From Nitrospirales bacterium (lineage in GTDB: Bacteria; Nitrospirota; Nitrospiria; Nitrospirales; UBA8639), in NCBI GenBank assembly GCA_963555755.3, contig OY820905.2:2784001-2848000 (forward strand): a stretch of DNA of 64,000 nt, read 5' to 3'. Under the pieces are notes generated by a model that had not been told where the DNA came from, did no database searches, and saw nothing but the letters and a program-made list of their open reading frames with translations. The position numbers and the translations under genes are program-made. Shown here piece after piece: positions 19,304-29,652 of the stretch. Numbering within the stretch: the first letter of the stretch is position 1; each line of letters starts with the position of its first letter.

Positions 19304-19546
19304 ATGATTTTTTTAATGGAATACGATCGATCAAAAGGAGAGTTAGTGAAATTCACCAGCTTCCAGGATGCTGACCGAACGAAAGCTGAAAATCTAAGGT
19401 TAAAGATTGAGATGGAGCTTCATAAACTTCATCAAGAACGAGAAATAGTATTATTAGAAGCTCCTAGTGAAGACGCCCTCCGTCGTACACATCGACGCTA
19501 CTTTGAAAAAGCAAGTCAGATAGGCCAGTCTGTGAGCGAAGGCTAG
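19304..19546 (+). CDS. Small protein, putative antitoxin of the upstream SAS
   Basis: Starts 3 bp after the SAS stop; EIVLLEAPSEDALRRTHRRYF resembles the CapRel C-terminal antitoxin region. Confidence 0.7.
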   Translation: MIFLMEYDRSKGELVKFTSFQDADRTKAENLRLKIEMELHKLHQEREIVLLEAPSEDALRRTHRRYFEKASQIGQSVSEG

Positions 19547-19687
19547 CAATCTGCTCAAGCTGACTTTTTGAGCAGCGTATGGTTTAGAATGAATGTTGGG
19601 TGAGAAAAAATCTGCATAAATCCCCGTTTGATTTCCCATCTCCGCGCCCCGGTTTAAAAATTTGATTTGTTTCTTGCTTATCTCCTC

Positions 19688-19882
19688 CGCCTTCGGGCGC
19701 GGCGGAGCTGCGGTGCCGAATTCGACTATTCGGCGAGGGCTGTTTGAGCGGAGCGAGTTCCCGAGCCATTTAATTCGGCACCGGGGCGGAGTTCACCCGT
19801 AGGGACGCGCACGGGCGAAAATGGTTTTGGGTCCTTTTGCCGAAACAAAAGTGTCTCGTCGTGCCGGGGCGAAACCCGGCAT
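19688..19882 (-). repeat. Family E repeat E3 (beta subtype)
   Basis: TGTTTGAGCGGAGCGAG; closest to E4. Confidence 0.9.
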
Positions 19883-19950
19883 TAATAAAAACCAAACCAC
19901 TTTGTATACTGAGATGAAATTGAAAAAGATTGAGAAGGGAAAGACTCTAC

Positions 19951-19984
19951 CTCCCCTCACCCCTCCTTACAAAGGAGGGGGGAG
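19951..19984. repeat. Small REP-like hairpin
   Basis: CCCCTCCTT-ACA-AAGGAGGGG; could also terminate the minus-strand operon. Confidence 0.5.
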
Positions 19985-20045
19985 AAGAGAGACAGTTTTT
20001 TATAAAGGCCGAGGTTTTACAGGATAAGGCCTCAAAGGTTGAAGC

Positions 20046-20291
20046 TTAATCGTCGTCATCATCATCGTCGTCATCATCGTCGGCTTCCAGCGCTTCCTGC
20101 CGCATTTGCTCTTCCATTGCATTGTGAATCAACAAACGGAAGAACATCGAAATGACTGACCCTTTTTCCAGAGTCCCACCAGGTGGGACAGCAATCCGGC
20201 CTTCTTCCACCATTTTATCCAGCCACTTTTTTTGGTCTGGTGTCACGTGGACCGGTATTTCAATTAAGGGAATTCTCCCAAACATATCCAT
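20046..20291 (-). CDS. Small hypothetical protein with poly-Asp tail
   Basis: AAGGAGG RBS; 11 C-terminal Asp. Confidence 0.75.
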   Translation of the reverse strand: MDMFGRIPLIEIPVHVTPDQKKWLDKMVEEGRIAVPPGGTLEKGSVISMFFRLLIHNAMEEQMRQEALEADDDDDDDDDDD

Positions 20292-20334
20292 GACAGAAAC
20301 CTCCTTAACAATTCCGTAAAAAAGAAATTAAATT

Positions 20335-21144
20335 TTATAATCCCAGAACATCAGCCATGCCGTACAATCCTGGCGGCTGACTCACTACCCATTCTGCTGC
20401 ACGCAAGGCTCCTCGCGCAAATGGGTCTCGATTATGGGCGCGATGCGTAATTTCAATTCGTTCCCCAGGCCCGCCATACAGCACGGTATGGTCGCCAACG
20501 ATATCACCGGCTCGAATAGTTTGAATGCCGATTTCTTTCTGTGAACGCTCACCAATGATGCCATGGCGTGAATACACGCCGGTTTCTTGGAGATCCCAGC
20601 CCTTGGCTGCAGCCAAGGCTTCTGCGAGTTTCAGAGCGGTTCCGCTTGGGGCATCCTTCTTCTTGTTATGATGCGCATCGATAATTTCCAGGTCATAGTC
20701 GTCGCCTAAGGCTTGGGCCACTTTCCCAATGATCTGGAGCAGCACATTGATCCCCACGCTCATGTTTGGAGCTTGCACACAGGGGATTAACTCGGCGTGC
20801 TCCCGAAGCTGAATCATTTCATCAGGAGAAAATCCTGTGGTGCCGATGACCATGGCGCGTTTGTGCTGGACGGCTTGAGTAAGATGGTTCAGCGTAGCAG
20901 TCGGTGAAGTGAAATCGACTACGACATCGGCCTGAGGCAGCGTCTTGGCTAGATCATCTATTAAAGTTACATTAAGATGTCCACACCCGGCCAAGTCCCC
21001 GGCGTCTTTTCCAAGGTCCAGGTGTCCTTTCGCTTCGGTCGCTCCGGTGAGTTGTAGGCTAGCCGACTCTTTGACAAGGGAAACCAAACGTTTACCCATT
21101 CGCCCGGCGGCTCCGGTGATGATGACTTTGGTTGGGGAAGCCAT
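20335..21144 (-). CDS. dapB: 4-hydroxy-tetrahydrodipicolinate reductase
   Basis: GAAGRMG, GTTG, HHNKKKDAPSGTA. Confidence 0.96.
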   Translation of the reverse strand: MASPTKVIITGAAGRMGKRLVSLVKESASLQLTGATEAKGHLDLGKDAGDLAGCGHLNVTLIDDLAKTLPQADVVVDFTSPTATLNHLTQAVQHKRAMVIGTTGFSPDEMIQLREHAELIPCVQAPNMSVGINVLLQIIGKVAQALGDDYDLEIIDAHHNKKKDAPSGTALKLAEALAAAKGWDLQETGVYSRHGIIGERSQKEIGIQTIRAGDIVGDHTVLYGGPGERIEITHRAHNRDPFARGALRAAEWVVSQPPGLYGMADVLGL

Positions 21145-21151
21145 AATGGAT

Positions 21152-22024
21152 TTAGATCAGTCCCGATTCTTTCATGACCTGACGAAGGCGTTCACGGTTG
21201 TCTGATGAAAGCGGTGTGAGGGGAAGGCGAAGTTCTGGATCGATTTTGTTCATCATGGCCAAGGCTTCTTTGACAGGGATGGGGTTGGTCTCATAGAACA
21301 AGGCGCTGAACAACGGAGCGAGTTTAAAATGATACGTGCGCGCTTCGGCAAAGTTCCCAGCCAGGGCGGCATTCACCAGGTTCGCCATGTCTTGTGGCGC
21401 CACATTGGCGGTCACCGTAATCACGCCTTTGGCCCCAAGCGCCATCATCGGAAGGGTCAGCGGATCATCCCCAGAAAGAATTAAAAAATCTTCCCCGCAT
21501 TGGTGAATGATCTCGGAGACTTGGCCGAGTGACCCACTGCCTTCTTTAATACCGACCACATTGGGTATTTTTGCGGTACGCGCGATGGTGGCTGGAGTCA
21601 TGTTCACGCTGGTTCGACTCTGAATGTTGTAAAGAATCAAGGGAAGATCCACCGCTCCGGCCACGGCAGCATAATGTTGATACAGGCCTTCCTGTGTGGG
21701 CTTATTGTAATAGGGCGTAATCAGCAGAGCGCCATCTGCGCCTACCTGTTTCGCCTGTTTGGTGAACGCAATCGCTTCATCGGTAGCATTTGATCCGGTG
21801 CCGGCGATGACCGAGACCCGTCGATTTACGATCTCCACGGTCACTGCCACGACGCGTTCGTGCTCCTCGTGCGACAGCGTGGCGGATTCGCCAGTGGTTC
21901 CGCAGGGGACAATGCCATGCGTGCCGTTGGCAATTTGCCATTCAATTAAATCGGCGTATGCTTGTTCATCGAATTTGCCGTTTTTAAACGGGGTGACGAT
22001 GGCGACGAGTGATCCGGTAAACAT
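21152..22024 (-). CDS. dapA: 4-hydroxy-tetrahydrodipicolinate synthase
   Basis: GTTGES, PYYNKP, YN..SRT, GIKE. Confidence 0.96.
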   Translation of the reverse strand: MFTGSLVAIVTPFKNGKFDEQAYADLIEWQIANGTHGIVPCGTTGESATLSHEEHERVVAVTVEIVNRRVSVIAGTGSNATDEAIAFTKQAKQVGADGALLITPYYNKPTQEGLYQHYAAVAGAVDLPLILYNIQSRTSVNMTPATIARTAKIPNVVGIKEGSGSLGQVSEIIHQCGEDFLILSGDDPLTLPMMALGAKGVITVTANVAPQDMANLVNAALAGNFAEARTYHFKLAPLFSALFYETNPIPVKEALAMMNKIDPELRLPLTPLSSDNRERLRQVMKESGLI

Positions 22025-22055
22025 GCGGTATCCTAATCTGTCCTTTTCAAAAGGA

Positions 22056-23315
22056 CTAGTTGAGAAATTCAGGAATCTGCTCTCCGAGTATCAGGTCTTC
22101 ATAACTTTCACGCTTACGAACAACAAAACTTTCGCTTTCTTTCACCAAAATCTCCGGGACCCGTGGTCTCGAATTATAATTGGAAGCCATGGTGAAGGCA
22201 TAGGCTCCAGCGCTCATAACCGCCAGGAGATCTCCGGCTTTGGCCGAGGGCATGGTTCGGTTTTGGGCGAGAAAATCACCGGATTCGCAAATTGGTCCGA
22301 CCACGTCATACACGTCTTCAGGCGCATTGGGCACTTGGTGTACCGGCAAGATATCATGGTGCGCTTCGTACAGGCTTGGGCGAATTAAATCGTTCATCGC
22401 CGCATCGACAATGGCAAACTTTTTCGCGCCGGTATCTTTGATGTACAAGACACGGGTTAGCAGGATACCGGCATTGCCGACGATCACCCGCCCCGGTTCC
22501 AGAATAATTTCACATTCCGATTCTCGAAGCAGGGGCGTAATGGCTTCGGCCAAATCCTTGGGATGAGGTGGCGTTTCGTCTGAATACGTAATTCCCAACC
22601 CTCCACCAATGTTGAGATATTGAATCGGAATTCCCTTGCTCTTCAGGGTGTGGATTAACCCCAACACTTTGGTTAAGGAATCGACGAAAGGACTGATTTT
22701 CGTCAGTTGTGACCCAATGTGTGCATGGAGGCCCACGACTTGGATGTTGGAAAGAGACGCAGCGTGTTGGAATTCCTCTAATGCCCGGTCTGCACCGATC
22801 CCAAATTTACTTTTTTTCATCCCAGTCGAAATGTAGGGATGGGTTTGTGGATCGATATCCGGATTAACCCGAAGGGCCACTCGCGCGCGCATTCCCATTC
22901 CCCTGGCCACCTCGTTGATAGCCTGTAGTTCTGCCGACGATTCCACGTTAAAAAACAGGATATCGGATTCCAGGGCATATTGAATTTCTTCGTAACTTTT
23001 CCCCACCCCCGCAAAGACCATCTTGTTGGGAGGAATGCCGGCTTTTAAGGCGCGAAAAAGCTCCCCGCCCGAAACAATGTCCGCCCCGCTTCCCAGAGAG
23101 GACATGAGTCGCAAGACTGCTAAATTGGAATTGGCCTTCATGGCGAAGGCGATGATATGTGGTACCGATGCAAAGGCTTGGTCATACGCTTGGAAGTGTC
23201 GAGTTAACGTAGCATGGCTATAGATGTAGCAGGGCGTGCCCTGTTCCTTGGCAATTCGTTCGAGCGGAATGTCTTCACAGAACAGGGAATCGTTGTGATA
23301 GTGAAAATGATGCAT
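22056..23315 (-). CDS. lysA: Diaminopimelate decarboxylase
   Basis: AMKAN, HIGSQ, EPGR, GPICESGD. Confidence 0.96.
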   Translation of the reverse strand: MHHFHYHNDSLFCEDIPLERIAKEQGTPCYIYSHATLTRHFQAYDQAFASVPHIIAFAMKANSNLAVLRLMSSLGSGADIVSGGELFRALKAGIPPNKMVFAGVGKSYEEIQYALESDILFFNVESSAELQAINEVARGMGMRARVALRVNPDIDPQTHPYISTGMKKSKFGIGADRALEEFQHAASLSNIQVVGLHAHIGSQLTKISPFVDSLTKVLGLIHTLKSKGIPIQYLNIGGGLGITYSDETPPHPKDLAEAITPLLRESECEIILEPGRVIVGNAGILLTRVLYIKDTGAKKFAIVDAAMNDLIRPSLYEAHHDILPVHQVPNAPEDVYDVVGPICESGDFLAQNRTMPSAKAGDLLAVMSAGAYAFTMASNYNSRPRVPEILVKESESFVVRKRESYEDLILGEQIPEFLN

Positions 23316-23406
23316 CGTGTGGAAACTCTTCTCAATAATAGTTCGAAGTCAGAGTTGCTTAGGGTCCGCAAAGAAATAAGTAGTACCTTTATTTCTTTAC
23401 GAACCC

Positions 23407-23652
23407 CTATTGTGTGCCAATGGGTCGGAGTGGTGGCAAAGACACATTCTCCTGGTCGATGGGAACTATTTCTTTTTCACCGTTTTCTATTGCGTTTGCC
23501 TCAGCTTTTTCTTGCGAACGGATTTTGGCTTCAATCCCAATGTCTTCGGGGGCAAGCGGTGGCCCCACGACACCACAACTTTGCACGATGAATATCATCC
23601 CGCCAAAAAGCAGGGGAAAAATGATACGTTTCATGGTCAATGGAAATGTCAT
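23407..23652 (-). CDS. Small lipoprotein (LptM/LppL-like position before lysA)
   Basis: VQSCGVVGPP lipobox. Confidence 0.65.
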   Translation of the reverse strand: MTFPLTMKRIIFPLLFGGMIFIVQSCGVVGPPLAPEDIGIEAKIRSQEKAEANAIENGEKEIVPIDQENVSLPPLRPIGTQ

Positions 23653-25148
23653 ACGGAGGTTTTTTTCTTCAGACGCTGTTCCCAGGATTTTAACTGTCGA
23701 GCCACTTGTTTTCGAGCGGTTCCGCCAATTTGTGCTTTTCGATCAACGGCTCCCTCAACCGTCAAAAATGTCAAGGCCTTCTTGGTAAAGCGAGGAGAAA
23801 TAACCTGAAGATCCTCAAGAGAAAGGTCCCCAAGTTCTCGCTTATTTTTAATGCAGGTTTGCACCAGTCGCCCCACAATGCTGTGCGCTTCTCGAAAGGG
23901 CACGCCTTGTTGAGCTAAATAGTCGGCTAATTCCGTGGCCAATAGGAAGCCCGACCCTACCGCATTCTTCACCACATCCTGGCGCACACGAATTCGTTGA
24001 ATCAACTCCGCGTAAATCGTGAGCGAATCTACCACAGTTTGGAGGGCATCAAAAAGGGGTTCTTTGTCCTCTTGGAGATCGCGATTATAACTCAAAGGCA
24101 ATCCCTTGAGAGTCGTCAGGAGCGTGATGAGTTGACCGTACACTCTCCCGGTTTTGCCGCGGATGAGCTCAGGCACGTCCGGGTTTTTCTTTTGTGGCAT
24201 CATGCTGCTACCGGTACAAAATGCATCTGGCAATTCCACAAAGGAAAATTCTTGAGACGACCACAAAATAAGTTCTTCACTGAGGCGAGAAAGATGCATC
24301 ATGATCAAGGAGAGGACGCTCAGAGTCTCAGCCACATAGTCGCGGTCGGAAACCGCATCGAGGCTGTTCTGACTCAATGCGGGAAAGTCCAACAGTTTGG
24401 CGGTGAACCTTCGATCAATCGGATAATTTGTCCCCGCAAGGGCCCCGGAACCTAATGGCATGACATTCACACGACGCAAGGCATCGCTAACCCGGGTTTT
24501 ATCTCGTTCAAGCATTTCCACATAGGCTAGGAAATGATGAGCCAAGGACACTGGTTGGGCACGTTGGAGATGGGTATAGCCAGGAATGATGACGTTGATA
24601 TGCTGATTGGCCTGTTGAACAAATGCCGATTGCACGGCCTGTAAATGGCCTTGCAGCACTTGAAGCTGATCCCGCAAATACAAACGCAAATCGAGGGTGA
24701 CTTGGTCGTTCCGACTGCGTCCTGTGTGGAGCTTTCCGCCTAATGGCCCAATAAGTTCCGTTAAACGTCGCTCCACTGCCATATGAATATCTTCATCGCT
24801 GTCGGCAAAGGAAAAGCGATCTTCTCGTAATTCGGTTCGAACGCGGGTCAGGCCACGAGTCAATTTTTGACATTCAATACGAGACAGAACTTTGGCCTTC
24901 TCAAGAGTCTGACAGTGAGCAATGCTCCCTTGAATGTCGTATTCAAAGAGTTTTTTGTCCACAGGCAGAGAAGTGGTAAACCGCTCAACGACCGCATTGG
25001 TGGCCTCGGTGAATCGGCCTCCCCATGCTTTGGATGCCGTGGCCTTTGGTGTGCTGGGTGACAGAGAGGAAGACTTTTTCCGTGAGGTTCGTTTGCCCTT
25101 GGAAGAAGTTGACGCTTTCGTTTGAGGCATCTGATTGGGTGATTTCAT
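23649..25148 (-). CDS. argH: Argininosuccinate lyase
   Basis: [26 protein letters not shown]. Confidence 0.97.
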   Translation of the reverse strand: MKSPNQMPQTKASTSSKGKRTSRKKSSSLSPSTPKATASKAWGGRFTEATNAVVERFTTSLPVDKKLFEYDIQGSIAHCQTLEKAKVLSRIECQKLTRGLTRVRTELREDRFSFADSDEDIHMAVERRLTELIGPLGGKLHTGRSRNDQVTLDLRLYLRDQLQVLQGHLQAVQSAFVQQANQHINVIIPGYTHLQRAQPVSLAHHFLAYVEMLERDKTRVSDALRRVNVMPLGSGALAGTNYPIDRRFTAKLLDFPALSQNSLDAVSDRDYVAETLSVLSLIMMHLSRLSEELILWSSQEFSFVELPDAFCTGSSMMPQKKNPDVPELIRGKTGRVYGQLITLLTTLKGLPLSYNRDLQEDKEPLFDALQTVVDSLTIYAELIQRIRVRQDVVKNAVGSGFLLATELADYLAQQGVPFREAHSIVGRLVQTCIKNKRELGDLSLEDLQVISPRFTKKALTFLTVEGAVDRKAQIGGTARKQVARQLKSWEQRLKKKTSV

Positions 25149-26443
25149 TTTTGCCGCGAGACCTTCTTTTTACCCCCGGCTGGTGAGCGAACCGTGCGTC
25201 GTGTCTTGCCGGTGGCTAATCGCAGGGCATTGAGACGGATAAACCCATTCGCATCGCGTTGATCAAACCCTTTATCTTCCTCAAAGGTCGCGAGATCCTC
25301 CCGGTACAAAGAGAGAGGCGACTGACGTCCGGTAAGCATGCAATTGCCTTTGTACAATTTCAATCGGACAGTGCCGCTCACTCGCCGTTGGGCCTCATCC
25401 ATGGCCTTTTGCAACATCACGCGTTCCGGAGCAAACCAGTATCCGTAGTAGACCAGTTCTGCATACCGTGAGATGAGGCTATCTCGCACATGCAGCACCT
25501 CCCGGTCCATCGTTAAAGACTCAACGCCTCGATGGGCTACATGAAGGATGGTGCCGCCCGGCGTTTCGTACACGCCGCGGGACTTGATCCCCACATACCG
25601 ATTTTCCACTAAATCGACACGGCCAATACCGTGCTTTCCCCCGAGTTGATTAAGATGAGCCAGCAAAGTGGCTGGGGACATCCGCTTGCCATTCACGGCG
25701 ACTGGGTCGCCTCGTTCATACATGATTTCGATGGTCTGCGGTGTATTCGGCGCGTGCTCTGGCGAGACCGTCATCTGAAACATAGATTCAGGTGGCGCTT
25801 TCCAAGGGTCCTCTAAAATGCCCCCCTCGTAGCTTATATGAAATAGATTGAGGTCCATGCTGTAGGGTTTCGCTTTGGTGGCCGTGACCGGGATATGGTG
25901 TTGTCTAGCATACCGAATCAGATCCTGCCGTGAACGGAACGACCAGTCTCGCCACGGGGCAATGATTTTAATAGTGGGATCGACAGTCATATAGGTCAAT
26001 TCGAACCGAACCTGATCATTCCCTTTGCCCGTCGCACCGTGGCTTACCGCCTGCGCGCCTTCCTTTTTGGCAATTTCAATTTGCCGCCGTGCAATGAGTG
26101 GCCGAGCAATGGATGTGCCCAACAAATAGCATCCCTCGTACACCGCGTTCGCACGAAGCATGGGGAATACATAATCTTTGATAAAGGTCTCTCGAAGGTC
26201 TTCAACATACACTTTCGAAGCCCCGACGGCGACGGCTTTCTCTTTGATGGCCTGGAGATCTTCGGCTTGACCAAGGTCCGCACAAAAGGCGATGACCTGA
26301 CACTGATACTCCTCACGAAGCCACTGCAGAATGACCGAGGTATCCAGACCCCCGGAGTAGGCGAGCACCACTTTTTTAATAGGGTTGCCCTCAGATGCGG
26401 ACGAAGGCTTCTTTTTTGAGCCTGATTTCTGACGAGCACTCAT
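25145..26443 (-). CDS. argG: Argininosuccinate synthase
   Basis: [31 protein letters not shown]. Confidence 0.97.
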   Translation of the reverse strand: MSARQKSGSKKKPSSASEGNPIKKVVLAYSGGLDTSVILQWLREEYQCQVIAFCADLGQAEDLQAIKEKAVAVGASKVYVEDLRETFIKDYVFPMLRANAVYEGCYLLGTSIARPLIARRQIEIAKKEGAQAVSHGATGKGNDQVRFELTYMTVDPTIKIIAPWRDWSFRSRQDLIRYARQHHIPVTATKAKPYSMDLNLFHISYEGGILEDPWKAPPESMFQMTVSPEHAPNTPQTIEIMYERGDPVAVNGKRMSPATLLAHLNQLGGKHGIGRVDLVENRYVGIKSRGVYETPGGTILHVAHRGVESLTMDREVLHVRDSLISRYAELVYYGYWFAPERVMLQKAMDEAQRRVSGTVRLKLYKGNCMLTGRQSPLSLYREDLATFEEDKGFDQRDANGFIRLNALRLATGKTRRTVRSPAGGKKKVSRQK

Positions 26444-27441
26444 GACCAGGGTCTTCCCAACCATTCCGTGAGAATGGCTTTTTGAACGTGAAGCCGGTTT
26501 TCTGCTTGATCCAAGACGGCAGATTGTGGGCCATCCAGCACGGATGCGGTGATTTCTTCCCCACGATGAGCCGGCAAGCAGTGCAAGACCATGGCATCCG
26601 GCTTCGCCACGGCCATCAGGGATTCATTGAGTTGGTATGGGGCTAACGCGGTTAGACGCTGAGCCTGCTCTTCTTCCTGACCCATGCTGGTCCAGACATC
26701 GGTATAGAGAACGTCCGCATTGCGAGCAGCTTCAATAGGGTCCGACGTAATGTCAATAGTCGCTCCGGTTTGCGCGGCTTCTTTTCGACTCGATTCAATG
26801 ATCGTGGGGTCGGGTGCATAATTAGGCGGGCAGCCAATGGCCACATGCATGCCGACTTTCGCACCGGCCTCGATGAGGGAATTGGCGATATTGTTTCCAT
26901 CACCCAGATAGGCCAGCTTCAGGCCCTTCAAGGAGCCCTTGTGTTCAAGGACCGTCAAGATGTCAGCGAGGGCTTGGCACGGATGGCTGAGATCTGTCAG
27001 GCCATTGATCACGGGAATCGTGGCATGTCGCGCCCATGCTTCCAACGTCGATTGTTCAAACGTTCGAACAACCAGACCGTCGAGATATCGAGAGAGCACC
27101 AAGGCCGTATCCGCCAGACTTTCGCCTCGGCTCAATTGAATATTTTCAGATGAAAGAAATAAGGCTTGCCCGCCTAATTGGTTCATCCCGGCTTCAAATG
27201 ATACCCGCGTTCTCGTCGAAGGCTTTTCAAAAATCAGCCCAAGCGTCAACCCGGACAGCCATTGCGACGCTCGCCCTGGACGTGGAGCCGCCTTCAATTC
27301 ACGAGCGATTTGGAGAAGTCGCAAGACATGATGACGGGGAACGGTCTCAAGCGTGAGCAAATCTTTCCCCAGCCCTCCGGAGGATGAGTCGGACGGGGAA
27401 GGGAGATGAGTCTTTGGAATCGATTGGCCGAGAATAGTCAT
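26440..27441 (-). CDS. argF: Ornithine carbamoyltransferase
   Basis: STRTR, HPCQ, HCLP. Confidence 0.96.
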   Translation of the reverse strand: MTILGQSIPKTHLPSPSDSSSGGLGKDLLTLETVPRHHVLRLLQIARELKAAPRPGRASQWLSGLTLGLIFEKPSTRTRVSFEAGMNQLGGQALFLSSENIQLSRGESLADTALVLSRYLDGLVVRTFEQSTLEAWARHATIPVINGLTDLSHPCQALADILTVLEHKGSLKGLKLAYLGDGNNIANSLIEAGAKVGMHVAIGCPPNYAPDPTIIESSRKEAAQTGATIDITSDPIEAARNADVLYTDVWTSMGQEEEQAQRLTALAPYQLNESLMAVAKPDAMVLHCLPAHRGEEITASVLDGPQSAVLDQAENRLHVQKAILTEWLGRPWS

Positions 27442-27455
27442 GGTGATTTGGGAAC

Positions 27456-27537
27456 CGTAACGCGTGAAGCGTAAGGCGTTATGCGAAAGACTAAAGTACT
27501 GCTTTTACTCATTACGCATCACGCTTTACGGATCACG
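27456..27537. repeat. Inverted heptamer-repeat hairpin
   Basis: CGTAACG CGTGAAG CGTAAGG ... CATTACG CATCACG CTTTACG GATCACG. Confidence 0.75.
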
Positions 27538-27541
27538 GGTT

Positions 27542-28735
27542 TTAGAGTCGCTTAATAAGGACGTCAGAGAGGACCTTTAACAGTTGATCAATTTCTTTTT
27601 GAGTCACGATGAGAGGGGGTATCAAGCGCAAGACACGGTCCATCGTGCAATTGATGAGCACCCTTCTGGTCAAACAATCTTGCACCACGGATTTTCCTTC
27701 AACGGACAGTTCGATTCCCTGTAACAAGCCAACCCCTCGAATATCTTTAATAAGCGGGATCCGGGCTTGCAACTCTTGAAGCCCTTTTTTCAAGTACGAT
27801 CCCACGGTGCGAATTTTTTCCAAAAGCTGACTGTCCAGCAACACGCGAAGCATTGCGAGACTGGCTGCGCAGGCCAGAGGATTCCCGCCAAATGTTGAGC
27901 CATGGGAGCCTGGTCCAAAGGCTTGCGCGACGTTATCCACGGCAATGCACGCGCCAATGGGTACGCCCCCACCCAGTCCCTTGGCTAGCGTCATGACGTC
28001 TGGCTGAATCCCATACTGTTCGTAGGCAAACATGGTCCCGGTTCGTCCGATCCCTGTTTGAATCTCATCGAACATCAGAAGGATTTGGCGTTCCGTGCAG
28101 AGAGTTCGCAGTTCTTGCATGAACGTCTGGTCCGCCACCACCACACCGCCTTCTCCTTGGATGGGTTCGACTAGCACCGCGGCAGTACGGTCGGTGATGT
28201 GGCTTTTGACCGATTCGATATCATTCAAGGTGGCGTAGGTGAACCCAGCCAGTAAGGGCGCAAAGCCTTGATGGACTTTGGTCTGGCCGGTGGCAGTGAG
28301 GGTGGCCAGGGTTCGTCCATGAAACGAGTTGTGCATGGTGATGATTTCAAAACGCTCCGGGCCAAATGTTTCCGTGCTATATTTTCGAGCCAACTTGATG
28401 GCGGCTTCATTAGCTTCCGCCCCGCTGTTACAAAAAAACACTTTTTGGCCAAATGACAATTCGACGAGTTGCTGCGCGAGCTGAACCTGAGGCTCGGAAT
28501 AATATAAATTCGAAGTATGAATGAGGTGCCGGGCCTGCTTCTCGATGGCGGTGACGAGATCGGGGTGGCCATGTCCAAGCGCATTGACCGCGATCCCGGC
28601 CACGAAATCCAGGTATTCGCGCCCTTCGGCATCGTAGACTTTGCATCCCTGCCCCCGGACGATGCTGATCGGTATTCGGGCGTAGGTTTGCATCAAATAC
28701 TGTGAGGAATAGCGTTCGAGTTCTTCAGTGAGCAT
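27542..28735 (-). CDS. argD: Acetylornithine aminotransferase
   Basis: NSGAEANE, FHGRT, DEIQTG, AKGLGGG; arg operon context. Confidence 0.93.
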   Translation of the reverse strand: MLTEELERYSSQYLMQTYARIPISIVRGQGCKVYDAEGREYLDFVAGIAVNALGHGHPDLVTAIEKQARHLIHTSNLYYSEPQVQLAQQLVELSFGQKVFFCNSGAEANEAAIKLARKYSTETFGPERFEIITMHNSFHGRTLATLTATGQTKVHQGFAPLLAGFTYATLNDIESVKSHITDRTAAVLVEPIQGEGGVVVADQTFMQELRTLCTERQILLMFDEIQTGIGRTGTMFAYEQYGIQPDVMTLAKGLGGGVPIGACIAVDNVAQAFGPGSHGSTFGGNPLACAASLAMLRVLLDSQLLEKIRTVGSYLKKGLQELQARIPLIKDIRGVGLLQGIELSVEGKSVVQDCLTRRVLINCTMDRVLRLIPPLIVTQKEIDQLLKVLSDVLIKRL

Positions 28736-28921
28736 ATCGTATAAGTCCGCGTCAATAGAGGCGAATCTAACATAGGGGTTCTCAGAGGCGCAATATGAAT
28801 GCCATGGATGATCGTCGTTTGTCTCTCGTCGTCCGTATCTCGTAAAAAACGAAAAACGAAATACGCAAGACGAACCCCCGAACCTTGTTCCTGTTGTGGA
28901 AGGATGCTATAACCCCGCGGG

Positions 28922-29593
28922 ATGAGAAAATGTGACTCTTGCGAGCAACAGAATCCGGATGATGCGAAGTTTTGCCATGGTTGCGGCGTGCCGTTCTCCG
29001 AAGAACCGGTAGCCTCTCCTTCCGTTGACGTTGAGGACGACGAGCATCTCTGGGAAACCTTTATTGGGGACAACCCGACCGTTCATTTTTCCCCATCTCA
29101 TGGTTGGGCCTGGCGGCCCGCGGCTCTCTATTACCTTTCCAAGTTTGCAAAATTTCGTACGGCTCGTGGTCCGAAGTTTGAATTGTCGTGGAACTGGGCT
29201 GCATTTTTGTTTGATTTCCTCTGGTTTCTTTACCGGAAGATGTACCTGTTTGCGCTGTTGTACGCGGTGGGCCCGTTTTTGGCGTTGTATCTGACCGGGA
29301 TCCCCACCATCGGCGTGGTGTGGAAAATCATGGCGGCGGTCAGTGCGAACTATCTGTATTTTTGGCATGTCAAAGATCATCTGCAAAAACTTAAAACCCA
29401 AGGCCTTGTGGATCAAACGTCTCAAGAGGGGTTTTTGAAAGAAGAAGGCGGCGTGCAACCCTATGTAATTTGGTTGGGCGCCCTGTTGATGTTATTCGGT
29501 GTGCTGTTTTCGGATCAGTATATGGATATGTATGGGGACGGGGTACCAATGGAATCGTCGGTGCCCGACTCGCGAATGCATGTAGACGAGTGA
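28922..29593 (+). CDS. Zinc-ribbon + DUF2628-like membrane protein
   Basis: N-terminal CxxC pairs; WNWAAF..WFLYRKMY. Confidence 0.8.
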   Translation: MRKCDSCEQQNPDDAKFCHGCGVPFSEEPVASPSVDVEDDEHLWETFIGDNPTVHFSPSHGWAWRPAALYYLSKFAKFRTARGPKFELSWNWAAFLFDFLWFLYRKMYLFALLYAVGPFLALYLTGIPTIGVVWKIMAAVSANYLYFWHVKDHLQKLKTQGLVDQTSQEGFLKEEGGVQPYVIWLGALLMLFGVLFSDQYMDMYGDGVPMESSVPDSRMHVDE

Positions 29594-29652
29594 GGTTTTT
29601 TCAGGTGGCACCGGATCATCTGTTCGGAGGAGGCGTGGATCGAGTGGGATCG

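Noticed and set aside
17012..19882. Integron cassette array (E as attC) or CRISPR array
   Set aside because: No integrase or cas gene; E lacks RYYYAAC/GTTRRRY ends, is about 195 bp and occurs in both orientations
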